Shown: positions 1 to 8,864 of the stretch, piece after piece
Numbering within the stretch: the stretch's first letter is position 1
Layout: each line of letters begins with the position of its first letter
IMG/VR virus record: IMGVR_UViG_3300020450_000018
Coordinates: 1 to 64,000 of that record
Source of the DNA: a virus
Strand: one strand, 5' to 3'
Length of the DNA stretch: 64,000 nucleotides
Notes under the pieces: generated by a model
Database searches by the model: none
Told to the model about the DNA's origin: nothing
Seen by the model: only the letters and a program-made list of their open reading frames with translations
Position numbers and translations under genes: made by a program

Positions 1-1241
1 ACATCATGGAACATCTCACTAAACCTTTTGCGGAGACGACCAATGAACTTAGTAAATTTAAGTTCATCGCGAAGAACCTCTGTTGTCTTACCAAGATTAA
101 ATCCTTTGTTGTCATCTGTAAGACGAGATGGAGGTAGGTTTAAACTATTGAATAGTTTCTTTTTAAAATACTCAACATCCTTGAGTTCACCTAGGTTTTG
201 ACCACCTGGCAATGTAGTAATCTCTGTACCTCTGCCACCCTCTCTACGAGGTAACCAGAAATCCTCAAGCATACTCATATGTTTTTTGTCATCACGCATC
301 TCACCAGTGTTTGCGTCATAGACTAGCTTGTTACGATAACGACTCATAACGTCGCGGAGATATTGTTCTGCCTTTACCTTTGGAAGGTTGCCAACATCAA
401 TGTAAAATATTCTTCTTTCTGGTGCACGAGAAAGTCTGTAGATAACAAGAGAATCCTCAATCATTCTGAGTTGATTGAGTGACTTGATTGCCTTGTGTAG
501 GAAACCAAGAGTCATTCTTTTGTTTAAATCTTGCAGACCTGACGGACAAAATGTAATAGAATCTAGTGCCATCTTGACACCTTGTGACAATGACATATCA
601 CCAATAGGTCCTAAAACACCACCTTTATAAAAACCTTTTGGATTATACAAATAATAATCAATAAATGTTCCGTACTCATGCTCTAGTGCGGTTCCTTTCA
701 CTGCCTGTCTTTGCAGTGAATCCATGTTCTTTTTATTATCAATCTTTTGACGAATCTTCTTGATCTTCATAGGATCAATATAACGAAGTTCTGTGATACC
801 TTTCTTTGGATTATCTAAATCAATAACCTTATGGTAGTATAATCTTCCGTCAATATACCAAGATCTAACAATCTCATGTGCACGATTGTCAAAGTTTAGC
901 AGGCGTTTAAGATATTCAAACTCTTCTCTAACTTTTTTCTTAATCCCCATGCCAGCATCTAGGTTATCTAGATTTATTTCTACTGGAGTATCATGAGAAT
1001 CACTTACAATGAATTCGTTTACTACTTCATCTACTGCACTATCAACCTCTGGATGTAGTGCCATATCACGATAACGACGGATCATTTCATACTCATTACG
1101 AGCTTGATTTTCCGTGTCAACATACGTTCCATAATAACCGCCAGCTGCTACAGCGATTGCCTCATCAGCATTAGGAGGGACGGGGGATTGACCCTTCCGA
1201 CCCTCCTTGCGATTTATCTGAAAGCCAAATAATTGACTCAT
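1..1241 (-). CDS. g20: Portal vertex protein gp20 (5' part; runs off the left edge of the window)
   Basis: Not in the ORF track. Manual translation from ATG 1241 gives MSQLFGFQINRKEGRKGQSPVPPNADE...YRDMALHPEVDSAVDEVVNE...WYIDGRLYYHKVID...LHKAIKSLNQLRMIEDSLVIYRLSRAPERRIFYIDVGNLPK, the classic T4-like portal motifs; follows g19. Confidence 0.97.
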   Translation of the reverse strand, partial: MSQLFGFQINRKEGRKGQSPVPPNADEAIAVAAGGYYGTYVDTENQARNEYEMIRRYRDMALHPEVDSAVDEVVNEFIVSDSHDTPVEINLDNLDAGMGIKKKVREEFEYLKRLLNFDNRAHEIVRSWYIDGRLYYHKVIDLDNPKKGITELRYIDPMKIKKIRQKIDNKKNMDSLQRQAVKGTALEHEYGTFIDYYLYNPKGFYKGGVLGPIGDMSLSQGVKMALDSITFCPSGLQDLNKRMTLGFLHKAIKSLNQLRMIEDSLVIYRLSRAPERRIFYIDVGNLPKVKAEQYLRDVMSRYRNKLVYDANTGEMRDDKKHMSMLEDFWLPRREGGRGTEITTLPGGQNLGELKDVEYFKKKLFNSLNLPPSRLTDDNKGFNLGKTTEVLRDELKFTKFIGRLRKRFSEMFHD

Positions 1242-1269
1242 TTACCTAGTCATATAGTTCTCTTGCTTA

Positions 1270-1276
1270 TATTTAG
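1270..1276 (-). promoter_or_regulatory. T4-type late promoter (CTAAATA variant) upstream of g20
   Basis: CTAAATA on the minus strand about 30 nt before the g20 ATG; the same motif recurs upstream of other structural genes. Confidence 0.6.
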
Positions 1277-1285
1277 CAGAGTTAA

Positions 1286-1903
1286 TTATACGACATCACG
1301 AGAGGTTGCTCCGTCAGATACTGGAGCTCCTCCTGCCCTTGCGCTTTGACCTTGACCAGCTGTAAAGAATGAGTATTGCCACTCAACTGTAAATTCAGAG
1401 ATCTGATCGTTACTATCATAAGCAAGATCAATTGCTGATACGTTAGTTGGGAAGCAGTGATGCAACTGATAAGTTCTAATTACAGAACCACCTTGCTCTG
1501 CATCCTTCTCTAATTGAGAGACATAAAGATCTGCCATGTAACCCTCTGCACTCTGATTAGGTAGGAACCTAGTTGCAGTGTTACCCTCATGAGAGTTGAT
1601 ACTGTTTGCCCAATCCTCAAATAGACCACGAACTTCCATGTTCGCATCTGCAAAGAAGGTTGCAGTCCAAGTATCAAAGGTACGATCACCTGCGATCTTG
1701 ACTGTTCTTCCTCTAAAAGGAACCTCAATTACACCCAAGTTAGAACCTGGTAATGCAGCAGACTTACAAAGAATGTTTGTAAGATCCCTATCATTGTTTG
1801 CAAATTGTCCTCCGCCAGGAAAACTAATATCAACCGAGAACATATTAGGCTTAATGCCCTGATTGATAGTTGAAAGAAATTGACTTACGTTGTTTGATGC
1901 CAT
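1286..1903 (-). CDS. g19: Tail tube protein gp19
   Basis: LCKSAALPGSNLGVIEVPFRGRTVKIAGDRTFDTW and FPTNVSAIDLAYD...EFTVEWQY motifs; lies between sheath and portal. Confidence 0.96.
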   Translation of the reverse strand: MASNNVSQFLSTINQGIKPNMFSVDISFPGGGQFANNDRDLTNILCKSAALPGSNLGVIEVPFRGRTVKIAGDRTFDTWTATFFADANMEVRGLFEDWANSINSHEGNTATRFLPNQSAEGYMADLYVSQLEKDAEQGGSVIRTYQLHHCFPTNVSAIDLAYDSNDQISEFTVEWQYSFFTAGQGQSARAGGAPVSDGATSRDVV

Positions 1904-1925
1904 TGTTTTTTACCTCTTGTTTTTA

Positions 1926-3839
1926 TTATCTACCAACAACTTCGCTGAAGGAAACTCCAGACTTGGTTGCTGTTACTGTAACAGTGACATAGTTGATAGA
2001 ACGTGTTGGTTTTACAAATACTTCAGCAACAAATTCATTTCTATCAATAACCTCAGGAGTGTTGTTTGTATCATCGCAAACAACTAAGTAATCCGTAACA
2101 CCTCTACGTGCTTGAACTTCGGATAGGTAACCAGAAAGTGCAGCGTTAAATCCAGAACGAGTTACAGAATCATTCTGTTCAAAAAGCACGCCTTCTGCAA
2201 GTCCTCTTATTCTCTTCTCAATATTGAGGAAAAGACGACGGACGTTGATTCTGTCAAATGCGGATGGAGATGCAAGAGCAGTCTTGTCACCGAATAAAAC
2301 AGGACCTGAGCCAGGAAATGAAACTACAGGATTAATTGCAGCAGTATATAGATCGTCTCTAGCTGCCTTGTTAGGATTGAAAGCAAGTTTTACAACGTTC
2401 TGTAATCCACCACGAGAATTACCCGCAGGAGAAATCCAATCATCACTAATGGATGAAACAGAAACGCATAGACCTGCAATGTCTCCGTTTGTACCAATGT
2501 AACGATACTTGTCGTTAAAACGATCATACACATATTTGATTCCACTGTCCTTAACAACATAAGAACTAGAACCAATACTAGAGAAGAAATCAATAGTATT
2601 TTCTAACTGTTGTGCTTCTGTTAATGCAGCACCACCAGATGTTGCGATCTGATTTCCGTTGTATGGAGAAATAAAAGCAATACAATCTTTTCTTGCATTG
2701 GCAACACCAGCAACTGCTCCTGCCTTAGAAAGAGTATCTGCTTCACTACCCATTGATCCACCCATAAGGAGGAAGTCTATTGATGTTTGCTCTGTGTCTT
2801 GGAACAATGTATATCCTGCTTGAACTTCACCAGCAGTATATGCGTAATCATCAGTACCACCTGATAGTGCTCCACCAGCAGTTGAAAGAATATATGCTAA
2901 TGTTAAAGGACTAGCTGCGGTAGCACCATAAGATGCAGCAGTTCCGCCAGGTGCTTCACCAACTGGAGAATACTCAGCAGATGTTAATGCACTTGCGTAA
3001 ATAAACTGAGAAAATTCATTGATAGAATCTTTCCAGTATGAAGATGCTCCCTCTGGAGTTTTACCATCTGACAACTTAGAAAGATATAATGATCTTTCAA
3101 CAATTGTATTTGTGCTCTCGTCAACAACTGCAACATGAAGTTCATCACCAGATAGATTACGTTCTGATGCAAATGCAGAAGTACCAGGTCTAGGACCTAC
3201 ATTCTTGTATGTTAAACCAGTGTCACCAATTGGAAGTGCGTTCCAATCAGAATTAGTAAATGATGATTGAGTGAATCCATTACCAGACACCGCACCAGCA
3301 GCACCATGTTTAATACCAACTGTGTTAGCATCAATCACAACAGTAACTTCATGATCGCTTGTTGAACCATCATCAAGTGTGGCACCAACTGCAAGTCCAT
3401 GACCTGCCTTAACCATTTTACTGTCAGCAACTTTATCCACGATAACAACGCGAAGGTTATTACCTGCAGCTCCTGCAGTACGTGCTACAAATTTTTTAGA
3501 TGATCCAGCACCAGCTTCATAATCTTCTTTAGTTCCTACTAATACTCCTCCTCCTTCACTTGCTGCGTTAAGCACTCCAGTTACTACACGCACAACAGCG
3601 AGTGAACCACCGTAACGAAGAAACTCGGATGCTACTAACCAATCAGAAGCATTTGCCTCATCTGGTGCACCGAAAGTATTAATGAGTTCTCTTTCGGATC
3701 CGATATTTACAATTTTGCCTACAGGTCCCTTGGTGAAAGTAGAAGCAATTGCACCCCTAAGTGGAGATACTCCTGTGATAACACCAGTGGACAAATCACG
3801 TTCTCTAATAACAACACCAGGCGAGACTTGACTTGCCAT
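1926..3839 (-). CDS. g18: Tail sheath protein gp18
   Basis: N-terminal SPGVVIRERDL and C-terminal FGDKTAL...SAFDRINVRRLF...VVCDDTNNTPEVIDRNEFVAEVFVKP. Confidence 0.97.
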   Translation of the reverse strand: MASQVSPGVVIRERDLSTGVITGVSPLRGAIASTFTKGPVGKIVNIGSERELINTFGAPDEANASDWLVASEFLRYGGSLAVVRVVTGVLNAASEGGGVLVGTKEDYEAGAGSSKKFVARTAGAAGNNLRVVIVDKVADSKMVKAGHGLAVGATLDDGSTSDHEVTVVIDANTVGIKHGAAGAVSGNGFTQSSFTNSDWNALPIGDTGLTYKNVGPRPGTSAFASERNLSGDELHVAVVDESTNTIVERSLYLSKLSDGKTPEGASSYWKDSINEFSQFIYASALTSAEYSPVGEAPGGTAASYGATAASPLTLAYILSTAGGALSGGTDDYAYTAGEVQAGYTLFQDTEQTSIDFLLMGGSMGSEADTLSKAGAVAGVANARKDCIAFISPYNGNQIATSGGAALTEAQQLENTIDFFSSIGSSSYVVKDSGIKYVYDRFNDKYRYIGTNGDIAGLCVSVSSISDDWISPAGNSRGGLQNVVKLAFNPNKAARDDLYTAAINPVVSFPGSGPVLFGDKTALASPSAFDRINVRRLFLNIEKRIRGLAEGVLFEQNDSVTRSGFNAALSGYLSEVQARRGVTDYLVVCDDTNNTPEVIDRNEFVAEVFVKPTRSINYVTVTVTATKSGVSFSEVVGR

Positions 3840-3876
3840 GTTTTTTTACCTCTTAGATATCAAATTTATCTAAAAG

Positions 3877-3883
3877 TATTTAG
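3877..3883 (-). promoter_or_regulatory. Late promoter (CTAAATA) upstream of g18
   Basis: CTAAATA about 40 nt upstream of the g18 ATG, followed by an AAGAGG RBS. Confidence 0.6.
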
Positions 3884-3924
3884 AATTTCCTATCTCTTAA
3901 GAGGGGAAACAATGCATGAACAAC

Positions 3925-4158
3925 CTACCAGTCTGGATATTTCCAATCAGCTAAAGGTCTTTTTTTATTTCTATTATTTAAAATTCTAGTAATCGTACAA
4001 TCCTTACACTCATATGAATATGCTGATGGTAAACCTCTTTTTGTTTTCCTAGTCATGTAAAAATCTTCAATCAGATTTTTAGTCTTATTGCAAATTCTAC
4101 ATTTCCTTTCCTTGAAAAGAAGATGTTCAAGACTAAACTGATCTCCAATATCCATCAA
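3925..4158 (-). CDS. Small Zn-ribbon protein (CxxC...CxxC) between g17 and g18
   Basis: CRIC...ECKDC; start overlaps the g17 stop; resembles the Zn-binding segment found N-terminal to endonuclease VII/HNH domains. Confidence 0.75.
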   Translation of the reverse strand: MMDIGDQFSLEHLLFKERKCRICNKTKNLIEDFYMTRKTKRGLPSAYSYECKDCTITRILNNRNKKRPLADWKYPDW

Positions 4159-5804
4159 TATTCTGGAAGCATATATGTAACTTCACTTTCTTTATCTCCA
4201 TACCAGAAAGATCCCTCAGCGTCTACAAATGAATCATCTCCTAAACCATCATCTACAAAACCAAAAGGTGCCATGTCTTGTTCTATTTGATTTCTTTGTT
4301 CCTCATATATTCTTCTACGAATATCCTGATCGGTCATTTCCTTAAAGTAATCCTGCATGACCAACCATGCAAACAATACCATACACATTACAAGGTCATC
4401 ATGGTAACCCTCGTCTGCCTCCCACGCTTGTTTCTTTTGTACAAAGGTGGTTAACTCTTGGAAGATCTGAAAGTCATTGAACAATAACTTGTCTTCCTCA
4501 ATGATAGCTTTAAGATTAGCACATCCTATCTTCTTGACAGTGATACTCATCTTTACACCTAACTGTGTCTTTGTTCCTGAGAATCCCTGTCCTACTACCT
4601 GTCCTGCTCTACCACGCATAGCACACATCAATACGTTAGGATATTCCAAATCGTAATTAAGTGTAGCTGCTATACTATCTCCTATGTCATTTACTTCTAC
4701 GAGTATGTAAGGATTATTATATTCCTTTGCTACTTGGAAGATGACGGAGGGAAACAGTACAGGTTTAATCTCATTATTTCTGTACTTCGCAACGATCTGA
4801 TACGGGACACTGGTGATATCAAACACGAGGAAAGCAGAGTAGTCGCCACCGATACCTCTGGCAACATCAACAGTAATAATGTATTCGTGATCTTTTTCTG
4901 CTCTCTTATAAACGTCAAGTCCTGCATTGCTAGTTATGGGGTCATGAAACGGTATGGTTTGAAGTTTTGAAGGACTGATAAGTGTATCAGCTGAACCTAG
5001 GAAGTCACACTCAAACTCCTGTGCAAACTGCCTCTTGGATGTATTCTTTAATGTCTCCTCTTTCCATTTAGCATCTCTGCCTGGCACTTGAGACCAATGT
5101 ACCTCATTTGTAACATATCCATTATTACCACGTCTAGCATCCTCCCACATTTTATAGAAGTGGTTCATACCATTAGGTGTAGATATGATTATGACTTTTG
5201 TTGATTTACCAGAAGTAATAGTAGGATAAACAGAGGCAAAGAATTGCTCTGCAACATGGTTCGGAACGAAAGCGAATTCGTCAAGAAAGAGGATATTAAA
5301 GGACATACCTCGGACAGCACTTGCAGATGTAGAAGCTGCCAATATCTTTGATCCGTTTTCAAGTTCAACATTACCTTTATTCCATACTAGGATACCATGT
5401 TGCATCCATTTAGGCAAGTTTTCATAGGCAAGTTGTAATCTACCTAAAAGTTCGCGTGCGGTGCTAGCTTTGTTAGCAAGAATACCAATGTTAACACTAT
5501 CGTAGAAGATAGAATAGTAAAGCAAGTAAGCAACAACAGTGGTTGACTTGCCAGTTTGTCTAGGAAGTTTTGCAATGTTAAACCTATTGTTATGGAAATC
5601 TGTTAGAATATCTTTCTGAAAGTCATACATGTTAAAAGGAACTAGACCTTCATCAAGAGAAATAATTTGCATGTAGTTACACGCAAAATACAATGGATCT
5701 TTTTTACATTTGATCCATTCATTAACTTGTTTTTTTGTAAATTGTATTGGCGTCCCTGCTTTTTTTAAATTAGGATTACCAAGATATACATCGTTAGTTG
5801 CCAT
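4155..5804 (-). CDS. g17: Terminase large subunit gp17
   Basis: YLGNPNLKK N-terminus, Walker A PRQTGKS, Walker B FLDEFAF, ISTPNG, nuclease VDVARG and HDDLVM. Start is likely ATG 5804 (TAATG overlap with the upstream gene) rather than 5831. Confidence 0.97.
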   Translation of the reverse strand: MATNDVYLGNPNLKKAGTPIQFTKKQVNEWIKCKKDPLYFACNYMQIISLDEGLVPFNMYDFQKDILTDFHNNRFNIAKLPRQTGKSTTVVAYLLYYSIFYDSVNIGILANKASTARELLGRLQLAYENLPKWMQHGILVWNKGNVELENGSKILAASTSASAVRGMSFNILFLDEFAFVPNHVAEQFFASVYPTITSGKSTKVIIISTPNGMNHFYKMWEDARRGNNGYVTNEVHWSQVPGRDAKWKEETLKNTSKRQFAQEFECDFLGSADTLISPSKLQTIPFHDPITSNAGLDVYKRAEKDHEYIITVDVARGIGGDYSAFLVFDITSVPYQIVAKYRNNEIKPVLFPSVIFQVAKEYNNPYILVEVNDIGDSIAATLNYDLEYPNVLMCAMRGRAGQVVGQGFSGTKTQLGVKMSITVKKIGCANLKAIIEEDKLLFNDFQIFQELTTFVQKKQAWEADEGYHDDLVMCMVLFAWLVMQDYFKEMTDQDIRRRIYEEQRNQIEQDMAPFGFVDDGLGDDSFVDAEGSFWYGDKESEVTYMLPEY

Positions 5805-6136
5805 TATCCTCCACTCCAATCCCAATTCCAAGGTAGAATTGCTAGACCAAAATAAGGCATAAGAAAATAGTGATCCATTAAGATTAATACAGGCATACCA
5901 ACACCTAATTCAATAGCAATCTTCTTTTTCATAGGCAATGTTTCTAACCATCGTCTATATGGATTATCAGCAACTCTATCTAATTTTAATTTATAGAATA
6001 TTTTTTCTGCCCACCATTGTGGATCAATTATATCCTTAAACCAAATAAGAGGTGTCAGCAACCACTTAACTTGTTTATTGAATTTGATTATTACTGCTAT
6101 GAATAGAATTATTATTAAAATTAAAATTATGTCCAT
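5804..6136 (-). CDS. Hypothetical membrane protein
   Basis: Hydrophobic N-terminus and a second hydrophobic stretch; TAATG-coupled at both ends. Confidence 0.7.
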   Translation of the reverse strand: MDIILILIIILFIAVIIKFNKQVKWLLTPLIWFKDIIDPQWWAEKIFYKLKLDRVADNPYRRWLETLPMKKKIAIELGVGMPVLILMDHYFLMPYFGLAILPWNWDWSGG

Positions 6137-6597
6137 TACTCTACTAATGTGCCTCTTGATCTACGGAGAACTCTTAGTTCTTCAAAGTCTTTTTGTTTTG
6201 TACCACCATCATAAGGCCAAGCGTATCCCTCACCAATCATTTGTTCGTTGAGAGATACATTATCATCACCAACATATAACCACCCAAGCAAACGACCATA
6301 CTTACCAACCCCTCCTTTGAGTTCAGTTCGTATAGTAAGCTCAGACTCTCCATTGATAGCGTCCTCTAATTCTTTTTTTAACCAGTTAGTAGCATCTATT
6401 CCCAGTGCCTTCTCTTCCAGATCTCGTGTTCTCTTCTCTGGCGTATCAACGCCTGCAACTCTAACTCTTTCTTTCTTGTATAAGTCAAACCCAAGATCAA
6501 TGGTGACATCAATAGTATCCCCGTCAACAACACGATTAATCTCCGTTACTCTAAAATTATAGCAGCTCTTTCTGCTAGGTGGAACCATTACTCCCAT
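6136..6597 (-). CDS. Thermonuclease (SNase-like) family protein
   Basis: RVVDGDTI, RVAGVDTPE and KYGRLLG staphylococcal-nuclease motifs; GGAGA RBS. Confidence 0.88.
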   Translation of the reverse strand: MGVMVPPSRKSCYNFRVTEINRVVDGDTIDVTIDLGFDLYKKERVRVAGVDTPEKRTRDLEEKALGIDATNWLKKELEDAINGESELTIRTELKGGVGKYGRLLGWLYVGDDNVSLNEQMIGEGYAWPYDGGTKQKDFEELRVLRRSRGTLVE

Positions 6598-6620
6598 GTT
6601 ATATCTCCATATAGAGTATA

Positions 6621-6628
6621 TATTTATT
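6621..6628 (-). promoter_or_regulatory. Late promoter (AATAAATA) upstream of the nuclease gene
   Basis: NATAAATA match about 25 nt upstream of ATG 6597. Confidence 0.5.
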
Positions 6629-6707
6629 TTTTAAACACACCTATTTTAGTCAACACGTATAGTGACAAGACTGTCCAAAAAATAATTTCTAATCCAAGGT
6701 TATTCAA
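6624..6707 (-). CDS. Micro membrane protein, 27 aa (MNNLGLEIIFWTVLSLYVLTKIGVFKK)
   Basis: Manual translation; TTG start preceded by GGAGG inside the pyrE 3' end; single hydrophobic helix with basic C-terminus. Confidence 0.6.
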   Translation of the reverse strand: MNNLGLEIIFWTVLSLYVLTKIGVFKK

Positions 6708-7239
6708 TTAAATCCTCCAATCTGAATAGTGAAACAAATTCAAGTTCGTTGTTATTCCAAACCTTATGGTTCTCCATCCTATCAACAATAGCAACCACAC
6801 GATTTACAACGTAACCTGCATTACGCAATACATTGACAGCCTTAATCGCACTACTACCTGTTGTGGTTACATCTTCTAAAACTGTAACTATAGAACCTTT
6901 AGGTGGTTTATGACCTTCTATAACTTCCTTTGTTCCATGTCCTTTTGGATTTCTCCTTATAATCAGTGCATCAATATGCTTACCATCATAGTATGCTCTC
7001 TGTGCAATACCACAAACTAATGGGTCAGCACCAAGTGTAAGACCACCAACCGCTTTCGCATCATCCTCTACGTGATGCATCATCAAATGCGAACACAATG
7101 CATTACCCTCACAACATAATGTAACTGGTTTGCAATTAATATAATGTTCTGATTCTTTACCAGACGATAAAGTAAAGTGCCCATTTTTGTACGCTCTTTC
7201 CTTTAAGAGCATACGTAGAGTATTTCTATGTGTTTCCAT
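6700..7239 (-). CDS. pyrE: Orotate phosphoribosyltransferase (auxiliary metabolic gene)
   Basis: GHFTLSSGKESEHYIN, VGGLTLGADP, RRNPKGHG flexible loop and PRPP-binding VLEDVTTTGSS. Confidence 0.93.
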   Translation of the reverse strand: METHRNTLRMLLKERAYKNGHFTLSSGKESEHYINCKPVTLCCEGNALCSHLMMHHVEDDAKAVGGLTLGADPLVCGIAQRAYYDGKHIDALIIRRNPKGHGTKEVIEGHKPPKGSIVTVLEDVTTTGSSAIKAVNVLRNAGYVVNRVVAIVDRMENHKVWNNNELEFVSLFRLEDLIE

Positions 7240-7241
7240 AA

Positions 7242-7415
7242 TTAAATTCGTTTTCTTTTTCTTCTGGTTGATAGAAGAAATATTATACCACCCATTGCAA
7301 TAGCTACGGATGTACCAATGATTAACAGTGTTGAATCATACATTACATCTGGTTGGGGTTCCCATGTACCAGGTAAAGTATACACCGATGGGTGTGATGC
7401 AAAAATAGATTTCAT
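7242..7415 (-). CDS. Small membrane protein, 57 aa (MKSIFASHPSVYTLPGTWEPQPD...IIFLLSTRRKRKRI)
   Basis: Manual translation; C-terminal hydrophobic helix followed by a strongly basic tail; fills the gap between neighbours exactly. Confidence 0.75.
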   Translation of the reverse strand: MKSIFASHPSVYTLPGTWEPQPDVMYDSTLLIIGTSVAIAMGGIIFLLSTRRKRKRI

Positions 7416-7418
7416 AAC

Positions 7419-7565
7419 TCAATCTGTGGAGTACTGATCTTGATAAACCTCAAGTTTATTGATCAAAGATTCGTATTGTTCCCACATCCATTCACTACCT
7501 GTCTGTTCTTGATAGACCTTACAGGCAGTAATACAACGTAGGATATCGCTGTCATTCAGACGCAT
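7419..7565 (-). CDS. Small hypothetical protein, 48 aa (MRLNDSDILRCITACKVYQEQTGSEWMWEQYESLINKL...)
   Basis: Manual translation; tightly packed (3 nt) against the next ORF. Confidence 0.72.
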   Translation of the reverse strand: MRLNDSDILRCITACKVYQEQTGSEWMWEQYESLINKLEVYQDQYSTD

Positions 7566-7645
7566 TATTATACCAAACTTATACACTAATTATAGTTGAA
7601 TTAATTAGTGTTGACACATTTTTTTACATATTTTATTAACTTATG

Positions 7646-7957
7646 TTAGCAATTCCACTTACGTAGTGATTTGTTGATCCTACTATCAGGATCTCTGGCA
7701 GTTTTTGCAGAAGTTAATTTCTTTTTCATTCCTTTCATTCGTTTACAAAATGACGTCCTACGGGGATTTCCAACCTTCTTTGTAGGTGCTTTAAGGTCAG
7801 ATCCAGGATTTTCTCTTTCGTAAGACTTCCTTCCTTTCTCGTTAAGTCCACCTTCTTTGTTCTTGCCAGCCTTCTTTGTCCAGGCTGCTTCATCCAAATT
7901 CTCGTATTCCTGTTTGGCGGTCTCTGTGAGACCTTTAAATTCTTTGTAGCTTATCAT
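7646..7957 (-). CDS. Basic protein (DUF6321-like) with a putative capsid-targeting N-terminus
   Basis: AAWTKKAGKNKEGGLNEKGRKSY...RTSFCKRMKG...SRINKSLRKWNC. Start re-assigned to ATG 7957 (MISYKEF), just downstream of a TATAAATA late promoter. Confidence 0.75.
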   Translation of the reverse strand: MISYKEFKGLTETAKQEYENLDEAAWTKKAGKNKEGGLNEKGRKSYERENPGSDLKAPTKKVGNPRRTSFCKRMKGMKKKLTSAKTARDPDSRINKSLRKWNC

Positions 7958-7980
7958 ACCAATCACAGGGTTTACCACAT

Positions 7981-7988
7981 TATTTATA
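7981..7988 (-). promoter_or_regulatory. Late promoter TATAAATA
   Basis: Exact T4 late consensus 24 nt upstream of ATG 7957. Confidence 0.75.
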
Positions 7989-7992
7989 AAAA

Positions 7993-8064
7993 TTACCAAT
8001 CAGGATAGAGTTTATTAGCAATAATTATAATTAAAACGAATATCATTATGTAAATTATTATCAT
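7993..8064 (-). CDS. Micro membrane peptide, 23 aa ([23 protein letters not shown])
   Basis: Manual translation; ATGA overlap with the upstream micro-ORF; single hydrophobic helix. Confidence 0.45.
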   Translation of the reverse strand: MIIIYIMIFVLIIIIANKLYPDW

Positions 8065-8168
8065 ATCATTCCAAAAAATATTAATCCAAAAGCAACAAAC
8101 ACCATAATCCCCATAGAGATCACGGTGTTATAAAACCATTTTGGTATCTTATCTATTTTGTCATCCAA
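8061..8168 (-). CDS. Micro membrane protein, 35 aa ([35 protein letters not shown])
   Basis: TTG start preceded by AGAGG inside the ndhI 3' end; one transmembrane-like helix. Confidence 0.5.
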   Translation of the reverse strand: MDDKIDKIPKWFYNTVISMGIMVFVAFGLIFFGMI

Positions 8169-8728
8169 TCCAATACCTCTGATGGAAGTCTTCCAACTCT
8201 TGGGTCACTGTCCTTGACTGTGTGTGGATCCATCTCACCTTTGGGTAGATAAGCAAGTTCACGCAATGACCTAACTGCGGGATTGCTTGTAACATTAGTG
8301 GGAAGTCGTCCAAGAGCGACATTATCATAGTTAAGTTGATGCCTGTCAAATGTAGCGAGTTCATATTCTTCAGTCATAGATAAACAATTTGTAGGGCAGT
8401 ATTCTACGCAGTTACCACAGAATATACATGCTCCAAAATCTATTGAGTAATTTCTTAGTTCCTTTTTCTTAGTCTCCTTGTTCATCACCCAGTCTACCAC
8501 AGGTAGATTAATTGGGCATACTCTCACACACACTTCACAAGCTATGCATTTATCAAACTCATAGTGTATGCGACCACGATACCTTTCGGATGGTATGAGT
8601 TTTTCATATGGATACTGTACCGTTACAGGTCTCCTCCCCATATGATCTAAAGTAACAGAAAAACCTTGCAACAGATATTTTGCTGCGTCTTTAATTTCTT
8701 TTAGATAACTAAGAACTCCTTTAATCAT
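8153..8728 (-). CDS. ndhI: NAD(P)H-quinone oxidoreductase (NDH-1) subunit I, 2x[4Fe-4S]
   Basis: [34 protein letters not shown] and [12 protein letters not shown]; cyanobacterial-type C-terminus ALGRLP...LAYLPKG. Start is likely ATG 8728. Confidence 0.96.
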   Translation of the reverse strand: MIKGVLSYLKEIKDAAKYLLQGFSVTLDHMGRRPVTVQYPYEKLIPSERYRGRIHYEFDKCIACEVCVRVCPINLPVVDWVMNKETKKKELRNYSIDFGACIFCGNCVEYCPTNCLSMTEEYELATFDRHQLNYDNVALGRLPTNVTSNPAVRSLRELAYLPKGEMDPHTVKDSDPRVGRLPSEVLDWMTK

Positions 8729-8811
8729 ACCCAAGCGTATTGTGAGAGTAAAAGTGCAACACTAATTGTTCCGAATAAGATGCAAGATGAAGTGATTGGT
8801 AAATCTTTCAT
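8725..8811 (-). CDS. Micro membrane peptide, 28 aa ([28 protein letters not shown])
   Basis: Manual translation; its TGA overlaps the ndhI ATG (ATGA); first ORF after a late promoter. Confidence 0.6.
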   Translation of the reverse strand: MKDLPITSSCILFGTISVALLLSQYAWV

Positions 8812-8832
8812 AAACCTTTTTAACTCTGTAGG

Positions 8833-8840
8833 TATTTATA
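8833..8840 (-). promoter_or_regulatory. Late promoter TATAAATA upstream of the micro-ORF/ndhI unit
   Basis: Exact consensus 22 nt upstream of ATG 8811. Confidence 0.7.
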
Positions 8841-8864
8841 CTATAAGTCTTTTTACCTACTTTG

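Noticed and set aside
4155-5831. Possible intein/intron or N-terminal extension in the terminase
   Set aside because: Length and motif spacing are normal for gp17; the extra 9 aa in the track come from an upstream in-frame start inside the previous gene.
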